43,063 nt of DNA from a virus. A program made the position numbers and the translations under genes. Location of the stretch: positions 1 to 43,063 of IMG/VR virus record IMGVR_UViG_3300020049_009769. One strand, written 5' to 3'. Numbering within the stretch: position 1 is the first letter of the stretch; each line of letters begins with the position of its first letter. Below, one piece after another: positions 35,273-42,172 of the stretch. The notes beneath the pieces are model-generated. The model was not told the DNA's origin and made no database searches. It saw nothing but the letters and a program-made list of their open reading frames with translations.

Positions 35273-35721
35273 CTAATATGAAATTTGAAAACTTAGAACA
35301 ATTCAAAGAATGGTTTAAAAAAGATATTTTACCAACACTTGATTTTGATTATTTAGTTAACAGATTAGCTAAAAATAATGCAATTAGCTTAACTAATTTT
35401 TTATCGACCGCCAATACAGACGATAAAAATTCTTTTATTAAAAACACGGCATCAATTTTCTTAGAAAATGGCACCACTCTTTTACCTTCCATTTATCATT
35501 TAGACCGAAGATGGGCGGCAATCCTTTATATTGATTCATTTTTTAACTTAAGACTTGATTTTTATGAAGTAAATCTGCCTTACGAGGAATTTTTAGATGT
35601 AATTATTTATACATTCATGAAAGACAAAAAATATACCCGAGAAGATGAAAAAGAAGTTTCAGACTATTATTTAAATCTTTACGAAAAATACAAAAAGGAA
35701 AATTTACAAAATGAATCATGA
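35269..35721 (+). CDS. Hypothetical protein, 150 aa
   Basis: ORF track; ATGA overlap. Confidence 0.65.
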   Translation: MTNMKFENLEQFKEWFKKDILPTLDFDYLVNRLAKNNAISLTNFLSTANTDDKNSFIKNTASIFLENGTTLLPSIYHLDRRWAAILYIDSFFNLRLDFYEVNLPYEEFLDVIIYTFMKDKKYTREDEKEVSDYYLNLYEKYKKENLQNES

Positions 35722-35929
35722 GGAAATGTTAAAAGACATCAAAGAAACAAGCAAAAAATTAGCTCAGCAAAAAATAGAAACTATTAAAAATAACAAACGA
35801 TATCGTCGTCAACAAAATATACAGGACTTGGGAGATGTTAGCATAGCTTTTATTATTGTATCTTTCCTTGTCATTATGTGTATATGCGCATGTTGCTTAG
35901 GTATTAAATTATTTTATTTAATTTTTTAA
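35711..35929 (+). CDS. C-terminally anchored membrane protein, 72 aa
   Basis: AGGAAAATTTACAAAATG cassette; TM segment VSIAFIIVSFLVIMCICACCLGIKLFYLIF. Confidence 0.65.
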   Translation: MNHEEMLKDIKETSKKLAQQKIETIKNNKRYRRQQNIQDLGDVSIAFIIVSFLVIMCICACCLGIKLFYLIF

Positions 35930-35956
35930 CAAGTAAATAAAAGGAAAATTTACAAA

Positions 35957-36280
35957 GTGAACCCATTTAAACTTATTAGACAAAAATTCATAGGATATAC
36001 ACCCGAAGAAGTTGACAACATTGCCAAGCCTGGTGATTGTTTTTATGCTACAAAATTTGATAACCTAAGCATGAGAGGTGAAACAGTCATTCAAATTAGT
36101 ATTGAAGCTTGTAAAAACTTTACTTCTTTTACTGGCGTTACCTCAAATATCATCCAGGAAAATAATTATAAAATATTTATCATGTGCATTCCAGGCGCTT
36201 ACGAACTTTATGGATTTGGTGGATTAGCAAAAAATATTGCACCACTCTTTAACATTAAATATTTTAGGAAAGAAAAATGA
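35957..36280 (+). CDS. Hypothetical protein, 107 aa (GTG start)
   Basis: AGGAAAATTTACAAAGTG cassette, identical apart from the start codon. Confidence 0.6.
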   Translation: MNPFKLIRQKFIGYTPEEVDNIAKPGDCFYATKFDNLSMRGETVIQISIEACKNFTSFTGVTSNIIQENNYKIFIMCIPGAYELYGFGGLAKNIAPLFNIKYFRKEK

Positions 36281-36326
36281 TCAATGCACAACAGATTTTT
36301 AGATTCAACAACAACCGAGAGGAAAA

Positions 36327-36719
36327 ATGCGCATGAAAAAAGAAGACTTAAAGGATGAATTAAAATTTCATACCGAAAGAATGAAAGAAAGTTATGCTAA
36401 AGATGATGAATGCAAAAATATTTTGAAAGAAAATATAGAACAATATTCTAAGCTTATAACTAGTTGCGAGAAACTTGCAGAATTTATCAAAATGCAACTT
36501 TCGGTTAATTTTAGGGATGAGGGTTATGAAAAAGCTATTGATATTTGCCAAAAAATAGAAAACGCTTACAAACGAGGAATCATTAACATGGCAGAAAAAT
36601 ATAAAATCGACCCAGGAACTGTGGGTAATGTTATGTTTATTTGCGGATTAGAAGTAAATCAACAATCATTAGAGCAATCATTAAAAATTTTTAAAGAAAT
36701 CATTGAGAATGAAAACTAA
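36327..36719 (+). CDS. Hypothetical helical protein, 130 aa
   Basis: ORF track; immediately upstream of the HTH gene. Confidence 0.65.
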   Translation: MRMKKEDLKDELKFHTERMKESYAKDDECKNILKENIEQYSKLITSCEKLAEFIKMQLSVNFRDEGYEKAIDICQKIENAYKRGIINMAEKYKIDPGTVGNVMFICGLEVNQQSLEQSLKIFKEIIENEN

Positions 36720-36915
36720 TTATACAAAATACATGGGCGATATTGATAAAATGTCGCTCAAACAAATGCGAGCAGCGTTGGGCTTGACTCAAATGCAACT
36801 TGCCTCTAAACTTAGCCTTCCTCTTAAATCAATCCAGGTCTGGGAAAACAACCCCAAAAAAGCTAATCCGATTGTAAACGAATACTTACAATTCATGCTT
36901 TCACAACAAAAATGA
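36709..36915 (+). CDS. XRE/Cro-type helix-turn-helix regulator
   Basis: SLKQMRAALGLTQMQLASKLSLPLKSIQVWENNPKK matches the XRE HTH pattern. Start uncertain (TTG 36703, ATG 36709/36733/36751). Confidence 0.7.
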   Translation: MKTNYTKYMGDIDKMSLKQMRAALGLTQMQLASKLSLPLKSIQVWENNPKKANPIVNEYLQFMLSQQK

Positions 36916-36985
36916 ATTAAAGTTATCCCCAAAACCTGTTGATAAGCTTGTTAATAAGCCATTTTGTATTTAATGAATCTTGTTG

Positions 36986-37252
36986 TTAATGCGAAAGCTG
37001 ACTCTCTGCTTGTTTTTTTGCAAGCTCTCGTCGGCTGTTAAGAATTGTCCACATACCCTCTTGGCTTATCTGACCTTTCAAAAAATCGCCTAATGCTCGT
37101 ATGCAATGTTTCCCGATTTCAAACTCAACAACTTTGGCTTGCTCAGCTTCTGACAATGTCGTCGAACCGGGGAATTTTTCTTTCAAACTTTCCTCGAATT
37201 TCCGCTGTTCTTGGTCAAATAAAAAATCATCTTTTTTCCATGGATTGCTCAT
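36986..37252 (-). CDS. Hypothetical protein, 88 aa, translationally coupled to the replication initiator
   Basis: ORF track; 4-nt overlap with the rep stop; occupies the position of a helicase-loader/accessory gene but is much smaller. Confidence 0.6.
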   Translation of the reverse strand: MSNPWKKDDFLFDQEQRKFEESLKEKFPGSTTLSEAEQAKVVEFEIGKHCIRALGDFLKGQISQEGMWTILNSRRELAKKQAESQLSH

Positions 37253-38373
37253 TTTAACACCTCTCTTATCTTTTTGATTGTTTCTTGTGCAACTTCAGAT
37301 TGTCCCGAGTTTTTAACGCAGTGCACAAATACGTTTAAAAACGGATTAGAAGGATCTGTCTCAATCCTCCTATCTACCCGGTAGGTATGTCTACCCCCTT
37401 CCTCGATATCCTCTCCTTGCCTGGTATTCTTTTGCTTCCGTGGCTCTTCGAGGCTGATTCCTGACTTGTTATGCAGCTTATCCATGAAATGTTGTTCGCA
37501 AAGGCATTTATTGTATAAATTATAAACTTTTCCAAGTTCTTTACAGTCTGGATGAGTGCATCGCCCATCGAATTTTGGTTTTTCTTCTGTCACGTCGGGT
37601 TCCCAATCGCCTTTATTTGCACATTTTATAATCACGTTCAATTTTTTAGCAAAATCGCCGTGGCAAAACTTGAATTGCTCGGGGTCTTGAATGGATTTTG
37701 CTATGCCATGAAGTATAGCAGTTTTCGAATGAGTTTGCAGGACAGTGAGGGATTTTGTTTTTAAAACTATCAGGTCGGCTTGTAGCTTAGTGAGTCCGTA
37801 TTGTTCCCATGGGTGGTCATTGCTCGGTGTTAATTCAGGGCACAGGGGTTGGGGCTCAGTCCCCCCGTCTTCGTCTTGCAAAGCGAAAGCGGCAGCAGCA
37901 GGGGCGTCCGCGAAAGCGGGCGACCTCTCTTCTTCTCGGATCTTCTCTATCTGTATATATTGTAAAAGGGTACTCCCCTCCGAGGGAGTGTTTCTACTCC
38001 CCTCCGAGGGAGTGTTTCTACTCCCCGGGAGGGGAGTACCCTTGCGAGGGAGTACCCTTGTTCCTGTGGATAACTTTAACCATGATTTTGTATCATAATT
38101 TATGCTATATAAAAATTGATTATTATGTGGTATTCGAATTATCATGTTTCTTTGAATTAGTTTTTTTATGATATCGGGGGAGTGTTTAGTTTTTATTTCA
38201 GTAAGTCTTTCGAAGGTCTTGAGGGATATAATTGCTTCGTCTTTAAAACATCCGATCGTTTCTGCGACGATGGTTTGGAATATTTTATTTTCCTCACCTG
38301 TTAAATCCCATCTACAAATTGTTCTTAGAATATCCATTGAATATTTAGCGAAAGGAGTAGCTAACTTTGACAT
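37249..38373 (-). CDS. Replication initiator, lambda O-like N-terminal domain, 374 aa
   Basis: LTGEENKIFQTIVAETIGCFKDEAIISLKTFERLTEIKTKHSPDIIKKLIQRNMII parallels lambda O LTKRQFKVLLAILRKTYGWNKPMDRITDSQLSEITKLPVKRCNEAKLELVRMNII. Iterons lie inside the gene. Confidence 0.75.
   Translation of the reverse strand: MSKLATPFAKYSMDILRTICRWDLTGEENKIFQTIVAETIGCFKDEAIISLKTFERLTEIKTKHSPDIIKKLIQRNMIIRIPHNNQFLYSINYDTKSWLKLSTGTRVLPRKGTPLPGSRNTPSEGSRNTPSEGSTLLQYIQIEKIREEERSPAFADAPAAAAFALQDEDGGTEPQPLCPELTPSNDHPWEQYGLTKLQADLIVLKTKSLTVLQTHSKTAILHGIAKSIQDPEQFKFCHGDFAKKLNVIIKCANKGDWEPDVTEEKPKFDGRCTHPDCKELGKVYNLYNKCLCEQHFMDKLHNKSGISLEEPRKQKNTRQGEDIEEGGRHTYRVDRRIETDPSNPFLNVFVHCVKNSGQSEVAQETIKKIREVLK
37966..38060. 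repeat. Origin iterons inside the rep gene
   Basis: Identical 24-mers TACTCCCCTCCGAGGGAGTGTTTC at 37971-37994 and 37995-38018, then TACTCCCCGGGAGGGGAGTACCCT and TGCGAGGGAGTACCCTTG. Each is built on an ACTCCC/GGGAGT dyad. Confidence 0.8.
38061..38170. other. AT-rich tract adjacent to the iterons (candidate DNA-unwinding element)
   Basis: Read directly: ttcctgtggataactttaaccatgattttgtatcataatttatgctatataaaaattgattattatg... A further GGGAGTGTTT lies at 38178-38187. Confidence 0.6.
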
Positions 38374-38414
38374 ATGTCAGTCCTTATTTTTTTTAAAACT
38401 CCCTCAAAAATGTC

Positions 38415-38442
38415 TTGCAATTTGATCGTACAGCTTTATAAT
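38415..38442 (+). promoter_or_regulatory. Promoter TTGCAA-N16-TATAAT reading away from the rep start
   Basis: Read directly; followed within ~40 nt by a plus-strand intrinsic terminator. Confidence 0.55.
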
Positions 38443-38446
38443 TGCC

Positions 38447-38508
38447 GCTTGCTCAACTTAGGACAAAGTTTGAGTTCTTTGGAGAGGTGGTTTGAACACC
38501 TCTCTTTT
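38447..38508 (+). ncRNA. Candidate ~60-nt small RNA antisense to the rep upstream leader
   Basis: Promoter, then hairpin CTCAA(c)TT..AAAGTTTGAG, then terminator GAGAGGTG-gtttgaa-CACCTCTC-TTTT. Contains no ORF. Confidence 0.45.
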
Positions 38509-38570
38509 CCGTTAGCTAAGATATTATAAAATAACACAAAACAAAAGCCATTGAACAAAATCTTTATTGC

Positions 38571-38596
38571 ATAAAAAAGGATGCTTTCGCACCCTT
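38571..38596 (-). terminator. Intrinsic terminator after the Zn-ribbon gene
   Basis: The minus-strand RNA reads AAGGGUGC-GAAA-GCAUCCUU followed by UUUUAU. The G.U pair exists only on the minus transcript. Confidence 0.7.
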
Positions 38597-38600
38597 ACAG

Positions 38601-38813
38601 TTATTCGTCTTTTTTTGCTTTGGCTTCTTTAGCTTTTAAATAATTCCCCCGTCTTTTTTTTTGGTAAACCGCATTATTTTCTAAACTGCACCCGTGACAA
38701 CTTCCGCTACTTGTGTATCTTTCTTCAATATGTCCACGTGAACATGGTTTACCCGTATAGTATTTGGTAAGCCCATTTTTTATAGCCTCAACTCTCGATA
38801 TTAATTTCATCAA
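38601..38813 (-). CDS. Small Zn-ribbon protein, 70 aa, basic C-terminus
   Basis: YYTGKPCSRGHIEERYTSSGSCHGC (C-x3-H...C-x2-C); monocistronic, lying between its own promoter and terminator. Confidence 0.65.
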   Translation of the reverse strand: MMKLISRVEAIKNGLTKYYTGKPCSRGHIEERYTSSGSCHGCSLENNAVYQKKRRGNYLKAKEAKAKKDE

Positions 38814-38842
38814 TGCCTCTTAAATATTTTTTTGTAAGTTAG

Positions 38843-38871
38843 TTGACAAAAGTATTGTAGTCAATTATACT
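38843..38871 (+). promoter_or_regulatory. Promoter TTGACA-N17-TATACT for the replication/recombination/lysis operon
   Basis: Read directly; same architecture as the early promoter at 29397. Confidence 0.75.
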
Positions 38872-38883
38872 CTCAAATGTCAA
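38854..38883 (-). promoter_or_regulatory. Divergent overlapping promoter TTGACA-N18-TACAAT for the Zn-ribbon gene
   Basis: Reverse complement reads ttgaca tttgagagtataattgac tacaat; its -10 lies inside the spacer of the plus-strand promoter. Confidence 0.6.
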
Positions 38884-39120
38884 GGCGAATTGTATAAGGT
38901 GCCCGCAGGCATTTAACCATTATCGAATAGATAGTTTATACGATTCGCCTTGCAATTTCCTTAAGAAATAGGCGCTTTTGATGGCACACGTTAAAAGCGC
39001 CGACTTACAGGTTGAAAAAGTTTAACGAATTTGCTTGCCCAGCGAGTGGAATTAAGAGGTTGTGTAGTAGGTTGAATTAGCATTTCCTACGTACATGTAA
39101 AAGCTCCTCTTAATTTTTTT
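38878..39120 (+). ncRNA. ~240-nt structured untranslated leader ending in an intrinsic terminator
   Basis: 16-bp stem 38881-38896/38937-38952; 9-11-bp stem 38971-39001; stem AATTAAGAGG/CCTCTTAATT (39050-39059/39106-39115) followed by TTTTT. The RBS TAGGAG and ATG 39144 lie just beyond. Confidence 0.55.
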
Positions 39121-39143
39121 AGTTAACATTTAGGAGTAGTTTT

Positions 39144-39530
39144 ATGGATACTTATATCAATCACGTTGAAAAACTGATTAAAGACCAATGTTTATTTGTT
39201 CCCGACGAATCACTTGACGAGGTTTATGTACCTTTAGGTGATGTTTCTCAATTTATTTTGAACGAAACAGCCAATATTAATTTAGCCCCATTTTATGACG
39301 ATTCCTTTTCAAGCAACGCTATTTTAGACATCCTCATTGCTTTTGTGCGTTACGTTAAAGATGTCAAAATTGAAAGTAAAGAGGCCGCGGAATCTGCGGT
39401 TAAGCATTTAGAAGATGCCTTTAATAGCATTGGTAGTTATGTTGCTAACACAATTATTGATATACTACCTTCTGTTATCCAGGATGTGAAAGACGCTAGA
39501 CGTGATCGGAGGGATTTTCAAAATGTTTAA
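39144..39530 (+). CDS. Hypothetical protein, 128 aa
   Basis: ORF track; TAGGAG RBS. Confidence 0.7.
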   Translation: MDTYINHVEKLIKDQCLFVPDESLDEVYVPLGDVSQFILNETANINLAPFYDDSFSSNAILDILIAFVRYVKDVKIESKEAAESAVKHLEDAFNSIGSYVANTIIDILPSVIQDVKDARRDRRDFQNV

Positions 39531-39657
39531 ACGAAAAATGGCCACACCGATTCGCCGGCAAAAAAATATAGAAAGAATTTTCAACAAAACAAATTTTTTT
39601 GCTGGTGCTTTTATTTTTGGTTTTTGGTTGGGTTTATGGGTAGGTAAAGTATTATGA
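39523..39657 (+). CDS. Small membrane protein, 44 aa
   Basis: Hand translated: MFKRKMATPIRRQKNIERIFNKTNFFAGAFIFGFWLGLWVGKVL. ATGA overlap with the ATPase gene. Confidence 0.5.
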   Translation: MFKRKMATPIRRQKNIERIFNKTNFFAGAFIFGFWLGLWVGKVL

Positions 39658-40304
39658 GTAGAGCATGTTTAATTATTGGAGAATCGGGGTGCGGAAAAAG
39701 CACCTCGATTGAACATTTAAACCCAGAAGAAACATTTTTAATTAACGTTGAAAATAAACCCTTACCCTTTCGTGGGCATAAGTCAAAATACAAAATGGTA
39801 GGAACAGGCGAGGGGGGTAATTGTTTAGCTACCGATAATTATGAATTGATTTTAAAATATTTAAGAGCTATTAACAAAGAGCGTTTATTTATTAAAAATA
39901 TTATCATTGATGACTTTCAATATATTATGTGTAACGAATTTATGGGTAGAGCGACTGAAAAAGGCTACGGTAAATTTGCAGAAATTGGGCAGCATGCATG
40001 GTTTATTTTAAATGCACTGTCTAAATTTCGTGATGATTTAAATATCTTTGTTTTAAGCCATTCCATGCGCGACGAAGACGGTGTTTACCGTTGCAAAACC
40101 ATTGGTAAAATGTTGGATAATACGATTACGGTTGAGGGTCTATTTACGGTTGTATTGCATGCATTGCTAATTGATGGTCACTATAAGTTTCAAACGCAAG
40201 TATCCGTTCATCACTTAGCTAAATCCCCTCGCGGCATGTTTAATGACATGTATATCGATAATAATTTACAATTAGTAATTGATGCGATTAAGGGGTATGA
40301 ATAA
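39654..40304 (+). CDS. Sak4-like (AAA_24-type) recombination ATPase
   Basis: Walker A GESGCGKST and Walker B NIIIDDF; ~216 aa; neighbours are the Gp157-like and DUF669-like genes. Confidence 0.7.
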   Translation: MSRACLIIGESGCGKSTSIEHLNPEETFLINVENKPLPFRGHKSKYKMVGTGEGGNCLATDNYELILKYLRAINKERLFIKNIIIDDFQYIMCNEFMGRATEKGYGKFAEIGQHAWFILNALSKFRDDLNIFVLSHSMRDEDGVYRCKTIGKMLDNTITVEGLFTVVLHALLIDGHYKFQTQVSVHHLAKSPRGMFNDMYIDNNLQLVIDAIKGYE

Positions 40305-40792
40305 TGAGCTTGTATGAAATAACAAGGCAGTACGAAGAGATATTGAATGACTTTGATGAGGAAACCGGCGAGATTAACTTTCAAGCGCTGGAAAATATTA
40401 ACGATGCTTTTGAAGATAAGTGCTTATGTATTGCTGCTTTTATTCGTAATTTGCAAGCGGATGAATTGGCTATAAAAGAAGCTATTGCTGCAATGAAAGA
40501 AAGAAAAGAAAAAAAAGAAAAATTGATTGTAAAGCTACAAGATTACGTGTTAAATAACATGGAGCGATTGGGTATTCAAAAAATTGATTCCTCTCCTTAT
40601 TTTGAAATCAATTTAAGAAAATGCGCTCCGTCAGCGGACGTGTATGACGAAACACAACTTTCGCCATTATATCGGTATGAACGTAGTGAATATTTTACAG
40701 ATAAGCGCGCTATATTAAAGGCGCTTAAATCCGGGCTAGAAATTCCCGGGGCTAGATTAGTTACAGACAAGAAAAGTTTACAAATTAAATAG
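40304..40792 (+). CDS. Siphovirus Gp157-like protein
   Basis: MSLYEITRQYEEIL...coiled coil...KSGLEIPGARLVTDKKSLQIK fits the Gp157 family pattern end to end. Confidence 0.7.
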   Translation: MSLYEITRQYEEILNDFDEETGEINFQALENINDAFEDKCLCIAAFIRNLQADELAIKEAIAAMKERKEKKEKLIVKLQDYVLNNMERLGIQKIDSSPYFEINLRKCAPSADVYDETQLSPLYRYERSEYFTDKRAILKALKSGLEIPGARLVTDKKSLQIK

Positions 40793-40800
40793 GGGTTTTT

Positions 40801-41325
40801 ATGATAGTTAATTTTGAGCCGTTCGATTGCGCTGAAATTGGAAGCAAAATGCTTGCTGCGGGTTTGGGAAGTTTTAAAATCATTTCTTTTGAAAAAAAGA
40901 TAAGCCGTAAAGCAGAGCAAATGATTCAGCTTAACTTTATGATTAAAGATTGCAACGGTAAAAAAGGCGAATGGGAAATGTTTATCGTTCCCGGTAATCA
41001 AATGTGGAAGTTTTCAGAAATATTTAAATCTTTAGGGATGGAAAATGTTGCTAAAACAGGCGCTGTTGATTTTAATTCACTTATTAATAAAACCGGTCGT
41101 TGTGAGATCTTTATGAAAGAATATCAAAATCAATACGGGGCAATCAAAGAATGGCATGATGTGCAATTAATACCTCATGACGAAGAAAGAAAAGAGCCTA
41201 TATTAAAAACTAAAAAACTTGATTTAACGCCTGGACAACATGTTAAGGCCGCTGTTGGCTCATCGCTTGAAAAAGTTGGCGCTATGCCGCCGGTTAATGA
41301 CTTCGATGATGATATACCATTTTAA
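40801..41325 (+). CDS. DUF669-like ssDNA-binding protein with an SSB C-terminal tip
   Basis: Ends in NDFDDDIPF, identical to the E. coli SSB acidic tip DFDDDIPF; sits in the classical position after Sak4. Confidence 0.75.
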   Translation: MIVNFEPFDCAEIGSKMLAAGLGSFKIISFEKKISRKAEQMIQLNFMIKDCNGKKGEWEMFIVPGNQMWKFSEIFKSLGMENVAKTGAVDFNSLINKTGRCEIFMKEYQNQYGAIKEWHDVQLIPHDEERKEPILKTKKLDLTPGQHVKAAVGSSLEKVGAMPPVNDFDDDIPF

Positions 41326-41335
41326 GGAAAGTTAA

Positions 41336-41638
41336 ATGAAAAAAGAAGAACGCGAAATCATGATGCAAGTTTCTGATAATATCGAATACATTCGAATGTA
41401 TTTAAACGAAATTATTGCAAAATCATTCCAGCAAGATGAAAAGCTTTATAATGAATTTGTTATAACAAGGGTTTATCCTGTGTTTGAAAATTTTATTAAA
41501 CAGCATAACATCGATATGCGATTGGCTGCCTGTATATTAGGCGCGGCATCTTTAAGCCATATGGCTTATAATTTAAACATGGTTTTAAAATCTGATAATT
41601 TTGTTAAGGAAAATGAAAATGCAGCCAACAATAATTGA
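41336..41638 (+). CDS. Hypothetical protein, 100 aa
   Basis: ORF track. Confidence 0.65.
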   Translation: MKKEEREIMMQVSDNIEYIRMYLNEIIAKSFQQDEKLYNEFVITRVYPVFENFIKQHNIDMRLAACILGAASLSHMAYNLNMVLKSDNFVKENENAANNN

Positions 41639-41948
41639 TTATGATGAGGTTAGAAAATCTGTTGATATATTACACGCGCTTTGCGGCTCTATTGTAAAAA
41701 GTTATTTATCAAGACTCGGGATTACCGTCGATGAATTTGACGATAAATTTCAGGAAATTAAAGATAAAAGTGGCGAGCTCATTAAATCTTTAGGATTGGA
41801 ACCATATTTTTACGGTTTTATTGTGGTTTCACACATGATGTCGGAATTACAGCATGGATTTGATAGCATTGGCGTAGCTACCTTAACAGAATTATTAGAT
41901 GATGAATATTTACAAAAGGTAAACCCTGATGAGCAATTACAGCATTAA
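41619..41948 (+). CDS. Hypothetical protein (~109 aa)
   Basis: Track ORF 41601-41948, trimmed to the ATG with the best AAGGA spacing. Confidence 0.6.
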   Translation: MQPTIIDYDEVRKSVDILHALCGSIVKSYLSRLGITVDEFDDKFQEIKDKSGELIKSLGLEPYFYGFIVVSHMMSELQHGFDSIGVATLTELLDDEYLQKVNPDEQLQH

Positions 41949-42156
41949 TAATCGCATAAGATTAAATGAAATACAAAAAGAGCTTAAGCAAATTATGGGT
42001 GAATTATATAATTCTGAGGGTGTTGACAAGCGAGGGGTTAATGTTGCCAAAACGAGTTTTGATACAGGGTTTTTATGGGCGTTTAATATCATAAATTCTT
42101 TACGAAAATTCAAGACTAAACAATTTGGCTTTAATGATAAAATTGATTTTGAATAA
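41929..42156 (+). CDS. Hypothetical protein, 75 aa
   Basis: ORF track. Confidence 0.6.
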   Translation: MSNYSINNRIRLNEIQKELKQIMGELYNSEGVDKRGVNVAKTSFDTGFLWAFNIINSLRKFKTKQFGFNDKIDFE

Positions 42157-42172
42157 CAAAAAGGATATTTAA

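Noticed and set aside
36923-36945. DnaA-box-like sequences TTATCCCCA and TGTTGATAA in inverted orientation in the convergent gap between the early operon and the rep operon.
   Set aside because: Each is an 8/9 match only. Such near-matches are common in AT-rich DNA, and the convincing origin features (iterons plus AT tract) lie 1 kb away.
37374-38425. ORFs 37374-37568 (-), 37552-37764 (+), 37745-38098 (+), 37809-38171 (+) and 38168-38425 (+) overlapping the rep gene.
   Set aside because: Alternative-frame or antisense ORFs inside the O-like initiator. Their repeats (for example SPPRECFYSPPRECFY) are just the iterons read in other frames.
40597-41001. Minus-strand 134-aa ORF. Similar antisense ORFs lie in the plus-strand blocks: 30995-31198, 33863-34072, 36360-36551, 37045-37257 and 39611-39793. 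Others lie in the small-gene minus-strand block: 26210-26398, 27780-27974, 27978-28232, 28415-28615 and 28438-28671.
   Set aside because: They are antisense to tightly coupled operons and have hydrophobic or low-complexity translations typical of AT-rich antisense frames.
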